Source of the DNA: Candidatus Berkelbacteria bacterium
GTDB lineage: Bacteria > Patescibacteriota > UBA1384 > XYA2-FULL-43-10 > 1-14-0-10-43-13
Length of the DNA: 49,252 nucleotides
Direction of reading: 5' to 3'
Assembly: GCA_037140515.1 (NCBI GenBank)
Contig: JBAXEI010000005.1
Span: 1 to 49,252 of the forward strand
Under the pieces are notes generated by a model, which did no database searches, was not told the origin of the DNA, and saw only the letters and a list, made by a program, of their open reading frames with translations. Numbering within the stretch: the first letter of the stretch is position 1; each line of letters starts with the position of its first letter. The position numbers and the translations under genes were made by a program. Positions 18,385 through 27,894 of the stretch are shown piece by piece.

Positions 18385-21300
18385 ATGAGTACTGAAAAAA
18401 GCAGTGGTTATGTCGACCCATCTTCTTCTTACGAAGCAGAAGTCGCTTCAGAAGATTCAAAATATGAATCATCTGGATATGAAGGTAGTACTTATGAAGC
18501 TGACCCAACTCTAAAAACGTCTGAATATGAAGCTGATAAAGATAAAAGCGAGGCAGAAAAAAGACGAGATGAGGTTCTTAGCTATACTCGTGATCGTACT
18601 GAACGCGATCGCGAAAAAATTGAGAAAAGAGCCGAAGGATTGCCAGGGTTATTTGATAAATTCCGCCGCAACTCGTCTGCGAGGATGGTCACCGGAATTG
18701 CTCTCGCCGTCGTCTCGAACGGAATTCCAGGAGCTAGTTTGCCATTTCAGCTCGCACGAACCGCTTTAGCTGCTGTTGGTGGCGGTACTTCAGGTGAGGC
18801 GATGTATCTAAACAAAACAGAAAATTCATTTTTGAATAAATTTACGACAAAAGACAGCGCCGGCAAGATTGAAGTAAATGAAGGGGCCCTTAGCAAATTG
18901 ACTCCAGAGGAGCTCGCTGAGCTCTTGGGTGGCTTATCGCAAATAGCAACGCTGAAAGGTCTAAAGGTTGACCTTGAAGCGCTCAAGGCTGATGAGGCGA
19001 TGATCGCGAAGATAAAAGAAGATGAGAGCAAAAACGCGGTAAAGAAAAACATTGAGGCCATGAGAGAGTGGTTTGCAAAAATGCCTTGGTATATGAAAAT
19101 CGGTTTGCCACTGGCCGCAGCATCTCTCGGGTTTGCTGGCGGAGCTTTTGCGGTTGCTGGCGCGGCAGTGAGCTATGGCTTAGGTTTTCTCGGTACGAAA
19201 AGAATGTATGCTCAGACAGCCTATGAAAACACAGGAGTTTTGAAGGCTGTCGAGGAAGAAATATTGAACAGAGCTGGAAAAGGTGAGATTACTGCAGAGC
19301 AGCTTCGTTTGGAAATGGATAAAAGCAGCGACAAAGTTGAGGCTGGCAGAAAGAAGTGGCTGGTCGGCGGAGCAGCAATTGGTGGAGGCGTTTCAGCACT
19401 GCTTTATGGTGTTACTAAGAGCGGCATGCTGCATCAAGCTGATAAACATGCGCCAGGTTTTATTTCCGACAAAGATGGAGATCAGCCTCAAACATTGACT
19501 AGCGGCCATACTTTAGACGCTTCGCATAACAACGCTCCGAGCATCGTGCCAGGAGAAGAAGACAAACCTCTCATTGCGCAGGGTGTTGATCATGCTTCGA
19601 TGCCTCACGCTCCAGTGAGTGCAGAGCATCATCTTGCTACACCGCCTGCTACGCCTGCTTCAGAACAGGGAGAACCAACATTACATCTCAAAAATCAGGA
19701 CCATCTTTATCATGAAGGGCCTGGTGCTGCGCACAATCTAGCGAAAGAAGTTCTTAAGGCGACAGATTCTAAGCTTAGCCCAGAACAACTAGAGAAGGCA
19801 CAGGATCATTTGGCAGCTGATTGGGAAAAGAGAGGTCTCTTCAAGTCAGATGGTTCACTCGCGGTACCTGTAAAAGAGCTTATCCATGAGATAAATGGCC
19901 CTGCTGAAGGGCATGAAGCTGCTCTGTTAGCGAGAGCACAAACTCCAGAAATTCACCATGCTACAGACCAAACTAATAGTACTGAAGTCGTGGGGCCAGA
20001 AGTCAAAAAAGGAGAACCTGACTATGATCCTAGGGCTCATTTGCTAAAGAATGAGATGGACTCCCCAACCACAGAATCCGGTATTGGTACACCAAAAGTA
20101 GAAGGTGCTGAGGGAGTAATTGCCCATAATCCGAGCGCTCTTGTTGATCATGCAGAAAATAAATTTGAGAGCGGCGATCATGATAATTATGACGATACAG
20201 ACGTTCGTACAGTTGACGGCGGAATAGGTGTGCCAAGCTCGCCAGACTCTCATATAGCTGTTGACGCGCCAAATATTCACAATGAGGTCGTTGCCCCACA
20301 TGTAGAAAGTATTCCGACCATGAGCTTCATTTCTGAGCTTGGCCCAGATGAAAAAGCGATAGGTAGCCATTTGTATCAAATCGCGGAGCGTGGTGATGTT
20401 GATAAACTCAGGCATCTGTCTGAGCACGTTCATGATGGAGGATTCTGGCGCTCAATCCCTCGTGAAACTGAGTGGAAGTGGCTTTTACCAGATCCTAAGA
20501 CCGCTCCTGATGTGATGCCTGCCAAAGAAGGTGAGATCAACGGAGAGTGGATCGGTCACCGTCCTGGATTTATTTTCCGTGGTAAGCTAAATTGGGAGCC
20601 ACGAATTGAGCATGATAAATCTTTCCTAAATCATATTGCAAAAGCAAACGAAATCATTTTGAATAAATTCGATCATTCCAAATTGCCTGACGAGGTTCCT
20701 ATGGCAAAGGGTGTTGAACTTCCTCATGCTGTTAAGGAGACAGGCCCAGATAGCTATGAGACGCCAGAGAGTAGCAAACCGACTGCAGAAGAGATAGCGG
20801 CGGCCGCGCGAAAGCCGATGCCAGATGACTCGATTCTAGATGGCGGTAGATCAACTATTCGTCACGAGGAAGTCATATTACAACCATCCGGGGCCGAAGA
20901 GCACATAGGCAAACCTTCAACAGCTTCAGCTTTTGAACAAAAGCAGATTGATGCAGCGATTGCCGACGAAAAGAAGCTCAACGAGATTCAGAATAATGTT
21001 GATTTTTTTAGAACAACGCCTGAGGAGATCGACAAAATGAAGGCTACGCTTTTCACACCAGATATGAGTGATCCAGTGTCTAAGCTTACCGAGCCAGTTT
21101 ATCATGGCATTAAGATCCCGAGGATTGAGGATGCTTTGGTGGACATGTGGAAACATGACGGAAACACGGCGAAAATTGTCGAATTACAAAACTCTGTCGG
21201 ACCGAACAGAGTTCCTTCGCAAGCAGAGTGGTCTATACTCTGGCCAAAGTCAGATTCTATGCCAAAAGAAGTGCCTACTGAAGTCGGATCAAAAGTGGGT

Positions 21301-21426
21301 GAGTGGATCTCTATCAAGAATTTGCAGAATAAATTTGTCTGGGAACCTAGAGTTGAATACGATGCATCGTTTCGTGGTGCGATAGTTGATCGTGCTTGGC
21401 ACATCATTCGGACGAATCTTAAATAA
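18385..21426 (+). CDS. Large membrane-associated protein with SxYE repeats and a duplicated C-terminal domain
   Basis: 1013-aa ORF; Gly/Ala-rich hydrophobic segments; two GEWI...WEPR(I/V)E(H/Y)D domains. Confidence 0.85.
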   Translation: MSTEKSSGYVDPSSSYEAEVASEDSKYESSGYEGSTYEADPTLKTSEYEADKDKSEAEKRRDEVLSYTRDRTERDREKIEKRAEGLPGLFDKFRRNSSARMVTGIALAVVSNGIPGASLPFQLARTALAAVGGGTSGEAMYLNKTENSFLNKFTTKDSAGKIEVNEGALSKLTPEELAELLGGLSQIATLKGLKVDLEALKADEAMIAKIKEDESKNAVKKNIEAMREWFAKMPWYMKIGLPLAAASLGFAGGAFAVAGAAVSYGLGFLGTKRMYAQTAYENTGVLKAVEEEILNRAGKGEITAEQLRLEMDKSSDKVEAGRKKWLVGGAAIGGGVSALLYGVTKSGMLHQADKHAPGFISDKDGDQPQTLTSGHTLDASHNNAPSIVPGEEDKPLIAQGVDHASMPHAPVSAEHHLATPPATPASEQGEPTLHLKNQDHLYHEGPGAAHNLAKEVLKATDSKLSPEQLEKAQDHLAADWEKRGLFKSDGSLAVPVKELIHEINGPAEGHEAALLARAQTPEIHHATDQTNSTEVVGPEVKKGEPDYDPRAHLLKNEMDSPTTESGIGTPKVEGAEGVIAHNPSALVDHAENKFESGDHDNYDDTDVRTVDGGIGVPSSPDSHIAVDAPNIHNEVVAPHVESIPTMSFISELGPDEKAIGSHLYQIAERGDVDKLRHLSEHVHDGGFWRSIPRETEWKWLLPDPKTAPDVMPAKEGEINGEWIGHRPGFIFRGKLNWEPRIEHDKSFLNHIAKANEIILNKFDHSKLPDEVPMAKGVELPHAVKETGPDSYETPESSKPTAEEIAAAARKPMPDDSILDGGRSTIRHEEVILQPSGAEEHIGKPSTASAFEQKQIDAAIADEKKLNEIQNNVDFFRTTPEEIDKMKATLFTPDMSDPVSKLTEPVYHGIKIPRIEDALVDMWKHDGNTAKIVELQNSVGPNRVPSQAEWSILWPKSDSMPKEVPTEVGSKVGEWISIKNLQNKFVWEPRVEYDASFRGAIVDRAWHIIRTNLK

Positions 21427-21445
21427 CAATTTCTGATTTCAATAA

Positions 21446-21480
21446 TAATAAAAACACCTCGAGAAAAGGTGTTTTTATTA
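21446..21480. terminator. Bidirectional terminator
   Basis: TAATAAAAACACC/GGTGTTTTTATTA between convergent units. Confidence 0.7.
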
Positions 21481-21639
21481 TGGTTCCGAGACTAGGATCT
21501 CGAGCGGTCGCAACCCTCCCTTATGACAACCCAAGGTTTTCATTACTTTCCTCTACGGGAAACTTCCGTTTCCCGACCCCTTCCCCGTTCGAATCCACAA
21601 ACCATAAAAAAAAGACCAAAAATAATGGTCTTCTTTTTA
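21481..21639 (-). mobile_element. tRNA-associated miniature element with duplicated tRNA 3' end (copy 2)
   Basis: TGGTTCCGAGACTAGGAT at 21481-21498 and 21640-21657; core homologous to 2648-2747. Confidence 0.7.
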
Positions 21640-21713
21640 TGGTTCCGAGACTAGGATTCGAACCTAGGTAAGCAGATCCAGAATCTGCTGTCCTGCCACT
21701 AGACGATCTCGGA
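21640..21713 (-). tRNA. tRNA-Gln(CTG)
   Basis: Reverse complement TCCGAGA...GCAGA-TTCTGGA-TCTGC...GGTTCGAATCC...TCTCGGAACCA. Confidence 0.95.
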
Positions 21714-21827
21714 ATACAAAAGTGATAATAACATTTTCATTGGAATTTCTCAAGTCGTAGGCTAGAGGCGTTTTGAGCAAAAAAATAGGACGTTGACAAC
21801 TTTTATAGTTGAAAACGTCCATTTGGG

Positions 21828-22337
21828 TTATTTGGTTTTTTTCTTGACGATTATCGCCGGCGGCAATTCATCATCAGGTAGCATCGCTGCAATCTGATTT
21901 CTCATCGCCATTCGATTCAGAATCTGGAATCCAGCATCGAGCGCTTTTTGCCGCTCTTCTGCATTGCCTGACTTCATTAGCCGAAATTTTGCCATATCAG
22001 CCCGGTCAAGTGGTCGCCATTCAAGCTCCAGCACATCAAGGCCTTCTCGGATTTGAGTCGTAGTCATGCCGAGACTGATCACATTCAGGCCATATGTTTG
22101 GCCGACAAATAGTGCTTCGGCATACTGTTTTTTACCAATTAACGCTTTGATCAAGCCTTTTAACTGATAATTTACAGCGTTGCGTGCTCGATATTCGATC
22201 GAGCTGTCAGACCTGGTTGCTTGTACAGATGGTGTCGTTTTTACGGCATCAACGGTAACAGCGACAGCTGCGTCTGCAGCAAAGGTGGACAAACTGAGTG
22301 TGATTACAACTGCAATTAGGATAAGAAATTTCTGCAT
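21828..22337 (-). CDS. Hypothetical exported protein
   Basis: Signal peptide MQKFLILIAVVITLSLSTFA; RBS GGAGG. Confidence 0.75.
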   Translation of the reverse strand: MQKFLILIAVVITLSLSTFAADAAVAVTVDAVKTTPSVQATRSDSSIEYRARNAVNYQLKGLIKALIGKKQYAEALFVGQTYGLNVISLGMTTTQIREGLDVLELEWRPLDRADMAKFRLMKSGNAEERQKALDAGFQILNRMAMRNQIAAMLPDDELPPAIIVKKKTK

Positions 22338-22437
22338 GTTGCCCTCCAGAAACGTTTTGGTTTGAATTTCTCACATGTGAGTTACCAAAACATAATACTA
22401 TATCACCAATCAACTATTGTGTCAATATAGTGCGCTC

Positions 22438-22546
22438 CGTCATCCTGAACTTGTTTCAGTATCCCGTCGCTATTTAAACGGTTACAAGATCCTGAAACCA
22501 CCCTTCGCCAAGGCTACGGAAGTGGCACGGCAAGTTCAGGATGACA
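22438..22546. repeat. REPIN-like doublet with nested 33-nt insert
   Basis: Same arms and spacer as 14155-14230 (inverted), plus the reverse complement of the 7145-7177 insert. Confidence 0.85.
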
Positions 22547-22645
22547 ATATTGTTGAGAATGAGCTACAATGTATTTGTTCGGCTTTTCATTTTTACTATT
22601 TTAAAGTTTTTTAAATTATAAATTATAAATTGTAAATTAATTACC

Positions 22646-23932
22646 ATGTGTTTAACCATTCCCGGTAAAATTGAATCAATAGACAAGGGCATCGCCACTG
22701 TAATATCCGCCCGTGAAAGGGCTCAGATTGACTTGTCCCTTGTTTTTCAGGCGCAGGTGGGCGATTGGATATTGTATGCAACAAACAGGGCTGTGAAGGT
22801 CATTTCGGAGGAAGATGCGAAAGAGATTATCTCTTTGCTAGAAGACAAGTATCACCCCGTCGATGTGAGTAAATTACCTCTCAAATTTAAGAAAATAATT
22901 TTTAAAGTCAGAAGTGGCAATTCCAATCTCACTAAAGATGAAATTTTGTATTTATTGAGTCTGAAGGGTCAGAACAACCTCGAAACACTTTTTGCTGAGG
23001 CAAACACTCTCAGGAAAGAAAGAATTAAGGACTTTATCTGCATTCATGGCATTATTGAATTTTCAAATTATTGCAAAAATAGCTGTCTCTATTGCGGAAT
23101 TCGTAAGGAAAACAAGGTTCCTCGTTATCGATTAAATAGCGAGGAGATTATAGATACGGCGTTTGACGCAGTCGAAAATGAGGGCTACAAATTGCTCGTA
23201 TTACAGAGTGGCGAAGATGATTCATATTCTGACGCAGATCTGATCGATCTGATCGTGAAAATCAAGCAGAAAATGAAGGTTTTTGTATTTATTTCTGTTG
23301 GCGAGAGATCTGAGAAATTTTATCAAGAGGCCTATGAAGCTGGGGCGACTGGCTCACTGATTCGCTTCGAAACATCAAATTCAGAATTGTATACAAAATT
23401 ACGACCAAATAAGCTTCTTAAAGATCGGATCAAGCTCGTCAAAGCCATGATAAAAATGGGGTATTACGTCGCTTCGGGCAGTATGGTCGGCCTTCCCGGG
23501 CAGTCTCTTGAAGATTTGGCTGACGATCTTCTCACGATTAAGAGTTTGGGTGTGCCGATGATCTCGGCCGGACCATGGCTAGCCGCAGAAGGAACGCCGC
23601 TAGCAAGCTCAAATGTTATGCACAATAATGCTAAAACACAGCTAGAGCTGATGCTTAAGTTTGTCGCCGTGGCGAGATTTATGATGCCAGACGTGAAGAT
23701 TCCAGTCACGACGGCGCTCGAAACCCTTGATCCAGAAAATGGCCGGCACAAAGGGCTTCTTGCGGGAGCAAACGCGCTCATGTTTAACCTGACCCCAGAG
23801 AAATTTGCGGAAAACTACTCAATTTATGATAATAAATATCGTGAAAGAGAGAAAGTATGGCAAAAATACGGTTTGTTCAAGGGCGAAGAGAGCTGGGAGA
23901 TGCTTGAAGAAAAATTAATGTTGGATAAATAA
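22646..23932 (+). CDS. HypC/HupF-like domain fused to a HydE/BioB/PylB-like radical SAM enzyme
   Basis: MCLTIPGKI...VGDWIL (HypC-like); IEFSNYCKNSCLYCG, LQSGED, MVGLPGQ, TTALETL, AGAN, YSIY (HydE-like). Confidence 0.85.
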   Translation: MCLTIPGKIESIDKGIATVISARERAQIDLSLVFQAQVGDWILYATNRAVKVISEEDAKEIISLLEDKYHPVDVSKLPLKFKKIIFKVRSGNSNLTKDEILYLLSLKGQNNLETLFAEANTLRKERIKDFICIHGIIEFSNYCKNSCLYCGIRKENKVPRYRLNSEEIIDTAFDAVENEGYKLLVLQSGEDDSYSDADLIDLIVKIKQKMKVFVFISVGERSEKFYQEAYEAGATGSLIRFETSNSELYTKLRPNKLLKDRIKLVKAMIKMGYYVASGSMVGLPGQSLEDLADDLLTIKSLGVPMISAGPWLAAEGTPLASSNVMHNNAKTQLELMLKFVAVARFMMPDVKIPVTTALETLDPENGRHKGLLAGANALMFNLTPEKFAENYSIYDNKYREREKVWQKYGLFKGEESWEMLEEKLMLDK

Positions 23933-23940
23933 GGAGACCT

Positions 23941-24471
23941 ATGTCAAACGAAAAAAGAGTTTTGATGGTGATTGCACCCCGTGACTTTCAGGATCATGAG
24001 TACTTTGATACTAAGGTGAGTCTGGCAAACATCGGTATAAATGCTGATACCGCTTCAACCCGTGCGGGGTATTGCGTGAGCACACATGGCAAAACAGCAG
24101 CTGTGAGCCTTAGCTTAGAGGCGGTTGATCAGCACCTTTATGACGGAATTGTTTTTGTGGGTGGGTCTGGAGTTGAAGAGCTATTCCACAATCAAGAAGC
24201 GCTTGACTTGGCTTCAGACTTTTATAAATCAGAAAAAATAGTAGCTGCAATTTGTTGGGCACCAGTCGTTTTGGTGAAGGCAGGTGTTTTGGGTGCGGGT
24301 AAGAAGGCAACATGTTGGGAGGGCGCAAAGCAAGATCTGATCGATGCAGGCGTCGAATACTTGGAACAAGATGTCGTAACTGACGGCAAGATTATCACTG
24401 CTGAGGGTCCGACAGTGGCCCATCAATTTGGCCAAGCCATCGCAGATGCAATTCTCAAAGGATTACGCTAG
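23941..24471 (+). CDS. DJ-1/PfpI family protein
   Basis: DFQDHE, IVFVGGSG, AAICWAP, VVTDGKIITAEGP. Confidence 0.92.
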   Translation: MSNEKRVLMVIAPRDFQDHEYFDTKVSLANIGINADTASTRAGYCVSTHGKTAAVSLSLEAVDQHLYDGIVFVGGSGVEELFHNQEALDLASDFYKSEKIVAAICWAPVVLVKAGVLGAGKKATCWEGAKQDLIDAGVEYLEQDVVTDGKIITAEGPTVAHQFGQAIADAILKGLR

Positions 24472-24482
24472 ACATGAAAACA

Positions 24483-24511
24483 TTGACGTAAATGGCGTAA
24501 TGTGATATAAA
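24483..24511 (+). promoter_or_regulatory. sigma70-like promoter
   Basis: TTGACG-17 nt-TATAAA with extended TG. Confidence 0.55.
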
Positions 24512-24557
24512 TTTCACAGCGAAAACATGGCTGAATTTTCAGCAAAAGGAGAATAGC

Positions 24558-25046
24558 ATGCATTTCGATTATACAGAGATTGATAGATATCACTCTGAGT
24601 TTGAGGAGTCCTTGCGCAGAATCATTCCGATTTGTAGCGATCCATTAAGGACTGGGGCATTTTGTTCGATCGGCAACGAAAAAGGTTTAGTTCTTGTTAC
24701 TTTTCCATTGTTGCTTCCACCTGTAGAAAAGTGGGAAAAGTACCATCGTCTGGCTGGCAAAAAAGTTTGGTGTCTTGGCCAGCACCCTGATCACATGTTT
24801 GGTCGGGAGAGTATGAATTCTTCTCTTGAAGAATTCGGCGGAGCTTTCCGCACAGCGCCATATGGTGCAAATGGTCTGATTATCGCCGTTTCTGGTCTCC
24901 CTTTGGTTGAAGAAGATGAGGCTGTTGGGATGTACGGTTTTTGGCAGATCAACGATGTATTCTTGATGTCTGAACCTCTTCGCCAAAACATGAGAACAAA
25001 CATAATCTGTAATCAACTGTGCAAACAGTATCATGGCTTTGCCTAA
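24558..25046 (+). CDS. Hypothetical protein, possible GlcG/heme-degrading-like fold
   Basis: FGGAF...IAVSGLP...EDEA resembles the family's C-terminal motif; RBS AGGAG. Confidence 0.6.
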   Translation: MHFDYTEIDRYHSEFEESLRRIIPICSDPLRTGAFCSIGNEKGLVLVTFPLLLPPVEKWEKYHRLAGKKVWCLGQHPDHMFGRESMNSSLEEFGGAFRTAPYGANGLIIAVSGLPLVEEDEAVGMYGFWQINDVFLMSEPLRQNMRTNIICNQLCKQYHGFA

Positions 25047-25156
25047 ATCCAGAATCCGATTCGATATAGAAATATGTCTGATCGGATTTTTTTTAATCCT
25101 AATCCTGTCGGCTTGTCTAAAATCAATTTTTTTGTTACTATATCTGTGCTTTCTAT

Positions 25157-25231
25157 GGCGTCATCGTATAACGGTTAGTACGCCGCCCTCTCACGGCGGT
25201 AATTGGGGTTCGATTCCCCATGACGCTACCA
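25157..25231 (+). tRNA. tRNA-Glu(CTC)
   Basis: GGCGTCA/TGACGCT, CCGCC-CTCTCAC-GGCGG, GGTTCGATTCC, CCA. Confidence 0.95.
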
Positions 25232-25232
25232 T

Positions 25233-25265
25233 AAAAAAACTACAACTCAGGTTGTAGTTTTTTTT
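25233..25265. terminator. Bidirectional terminator
   Basis: AAAAAAACTACAAC-TCAG-GTTGTAGTTTTTTT. Confidence 0.8.
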
Positions 25266-25273
25266 GTAGAAAT

Positions 25274-25855
25274 TTACTTACTCTTTTTGATAAAAAGCAG
25301 TGCGCTATAGCCGTTTTTGTTTTTTGTAAATTTATTAACAATTATGTCCCTAGCAATTTGTTTGTCTGATTTGGCTTTCAGCTTGCAAGGCAAAGCTTCG
25401 GATGGTGCTTCTAATATGGCTTTTGCGAGGGTCATTTTGCCGTCAAATTCTAGGGCGACGGTGTGTTCGAAGCTAAGGCCAATTAGTTCTTTGTTCATAT
25501 ATCCAAGATCTTCCGAAAGACTGTCGGAAATTAATGCAATTTTATGATCTGCATCAAGCAAAACTAAGCCATCTTTCGAGTGTTCAAACAGGTCTTGCAG
25601 TATGGAAGTGTTGTCCTCAGCCTTAATGTTTTCTGTGAGAATAGTCTCAACAAATTCGGTCTGTGATTGAAATAGATTCCGATAGACAAAGTAGCCACAT
25701 GCACAGAAGAAAAGTGCGATCAGTGCGATGATTTTGATGGCGTCAGAGAGGACAGAGCGGGGAAGAAAAAAGTAGGCAAATATCATAATTATGATTACGC
25801 CGATCCAGATGATCGTTTCTAGAAGATGAAATTTTTTCAGGTCAATTTTGTTCAT
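25274..25855 (-). CDS. Membrane protein with a stand-alone PAS domain
   Basis: Two TM helices, then LFEHSKDGLVLLDADHKI...LGYMNKELIG. Confidence 0.75.
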   Translation of the reverse strand: MNKIDLKKFHLLETIIWIGVIIIMIFAYFFLPRSVLSDAIKIIALIALFFCACGYFVYRNLFQSQTEFVETILTENIKAEDNTSILQDLFEHSKDGLVLLDADHKIALISDSLSEDLGYMNKELIGLSFEHTVALEFDGKMTLAKAILEAPSEALPCKLKAKSDKQIARDIIVNKFTKNKNGYSALLFIKKSK

Positions 25856-25900
25856 TAGCTATATTATAACATGGCTTTTGAATATTGAAAATGTATTTTT

Positions 25901-26009
25901 TGTCATCCTCCGGGAGGACGAGCTGCTAAATATTGAATCTAATAGAAAGGCGAGCCATAACCTGGGGATCCAGGCTGATATATAGATTCCCGGCTTCGTG
26001 GGAATGACA
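25901..26009. repeat. REPIN-like doublet with ~50-nt loop insert
   Basis: TGTCATCC...GGATCC...GATTCCC...GGGAATGACA; insert shared with 43373-43438. Confidence 0.8.
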
Positions 26010-26075
26010 GAATATTTGTTTTTGCAAATGACAAATAATTAAACTATAATTGAATCAATCTAAATATTTCCAAAT

Positions 26076-27185
26076 ATGATGAAAAAGCAGAGGGGTACTG
26101 CCCTAATTATTGCAATCCTTTTAATCTCAGCGGTCGGCGCTGTGGGATTTTCTTTTGGACGTGTTTTCCTATCTGAGTATATCAACGCCAAGCTACACGA
26201 AAGCAGCATAGTTGCGTACTATGCTGCAGAGTCAGGTATCGAAGAGGGTTTCTTGCGTTATCGTTACTCTAGAAATGCTGAGGTGCCGTTTGTAAACTGG
26301 AAGATGGATAGTGTAAACAGGACACGATACAATCGAGTTAATATTACCACTCCAACGATACCTATCGGAGCAGGTGTTGATAAGACAACAGACACTCCAC
26401 CTGCTGGTGGCGATCAGGTGTACTATCTGCGCATGGGCTATGCCGGGACTGCGAACAAGCTACCTTTTTTTGGCCAGGACATGAATTCAGACACAAATTT
26501 AAACGCCCTTGATATTGCTGACCAAAATTATGGAGTCGGAGACGCTAGCTTGACTATTCTGCGGGATGATTCATACAAAATTGACCTATCAAACATGTTG
26601 TCTGCTACAGACAAGGATATAAATCTGTATACAAAGTTTGTTGGCACTACGCTTGACTCCGCTAGTGATGCTAAATCTTTTTTTCAGGCCAAGCTAGTGA
26701 TAGATATCGATGGCACTGGCTCAACAGTAAAGGAATACAAGACGATCATATCAAAGAATCCGACAGCTACCTGCGCAATTTTGAGCCCAGTGCGAATCAG
26801 CTCATGCAGCGATAGTGTGATTCCGGCAACGCAGATAAATCTTGTTCAGTCTCTACCAAAAGATTACGGCTGGGGGATCAATAATCTTCTCGCAACTTGG
26901 AGGGCTAGAGACGGTTTTCCAAACGTCAACTCAAATTCTAAAGTTACATTGACTTTGAAACCGTCTTACTATGACACTAAAATCGGTATTGTTTCGACAG
27001 ATTGTTCCGTGTCTAGTAGCAGTACATGTCATTACGACTCCAAAACAGTTATCCCGGGTCCCTATACCATCGTTTCCTCTGTCGGGTATTATAAAGGTGT
27101 TTATCGGACGATCGAGGCAAACATTGACCGCCAATCTGGTTCTTTGTATGATTTGTATGACTACGTTATTTATAAAGCAAAATAA
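26076..27185 (+). CDS. PilX-like minor pilin / pilus-associated protein
   Basis: Class III-like signal KKQRG|TALIIAILL; AYYAAESGIEEG. Confidence 0.8.
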   Translation: MMKKQRGTALIIAILLISAVGAVGFSFGRVFLSEYINAKLHESSIVAYYAAESGIEEGFLRYRYSRNAEVPFVNWKMDSVNRTRYNRVNITTPTIPIGAGVDKTTDTPPAGGDQVYYLRMGYAGTANKLPFFGQDMNSDTNLNALDIADQNYGVGDASLTILRDDSYKIDLSNMLSATDKDINLYTKFVGTTLDSASDAKSFFQAKLVIDIDGTGSTVKEYKTIISKNPTATCAILSPVRISSCSDSVIPATQINLVQSLPKDYGWGINNLLATWRARDGFPNVNSNSKVTLTLKPSYYDTKIGIVSTDCSVSSSSTCHYDSKTVIPGPYTIVSSVGYYKGVYRTIEANIDRQSGSLYDLYDYVIYKAK

Positions 27186-27203
27186 TAATATTTTTAGGAG
27201 GCG

Positions 27204-27593
27204 ATGATGGCAACACCTGCAACAATTTTACTTGCTGACGACGACACAACTCTTCACGGAATGTATTCTGAGAGACTACATGCTGAGGGATACACGATAG
27301 TCGATGCATTTGATGGCGAAGAGGCACTAGAGAAAGTAGCTGCTGGCAAGCCAGACCTTATCTTACTCGACATTATGATGCCAAAGCTAAATGGTATCGA
27401 TGTAATGAAAAAATTACGGGAGGATTCTGCAACTGCTGATATTCCAATCATCCTGTTGACAGCACTTGTTCAAGAGATCAACAAGCTGAAAGATATGATG
27501 AAGCCAGCTGACCATTATTTGGTAAAAAGCGAAGTAGTTCCAGCCGACATTGTGAAAACGATTGAAGAAAGCCTCGCTGAAGCAAAGAAATAA
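27204..27593 (+). CDS. Single-domain response regulator (CheY/PilH-like)
   Basis: ILLADDD, PDLILLDIMMPKLNG, IILLTA, YLVK. Confidence 0.93.
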   Translation: MMATPATILLADDDTTLHGMYSERLHAEGYTIVDAFDGEEALEKVAAGKPDLILLDIMMPKLNGIDVMKKLREDSATADIPIILLTALVQEINKLKDMMKPADHYLVKSEVVPADIVKTIEESLAEAKK

Positions 27594-27639
27594 CAATTTG
27601 TAGTACATTCTATATAAAATAAGGCATCGAGATGATGTC

Positions 27640-27894
27640 TTATTTTAGTAACTCAAATGGGCTTTTTATAGTGTTTGTTGTGGTTGCGTTGTTTGTAGCA
27701 GAGAGACTCGGATTCACTATCTCGTAGTAATTATTTTGGTCGAGAAGCTTATCTTGGTCAGCTGAGCTGATAGAGCTTCGAGAAGGCTCGTTAGCGATTG
27801 CTTGAAAAAAGACAATTCCGGCCCAAAATATCTCAATTACGATCAAGATGATGAAGAAAACTTCGACAGGATTGATTTTTGGCTTATTCTCCAT
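27640..27894 (-). CDS. Small membrane-anchored protein at the end of the pilMNO operon
   Basis: Single TM helix, C-terminal KSPF; overlaps pilO. Confidence 0.65.
   Translation of the reverse strand: MENKPKINPVEVFFIILIVIEIFWAGIVFFQAIANEPSRSSISSADQDKLLDQNNYYEIVNPSLSATNNATTTNTIKSPFELLK

Noticed and set aside
21480-21671. 63-aa ORF with repeated MVPRLG
   Set aside because: Antisense reading of the tRNA-Gln 3' end and its duplicate.
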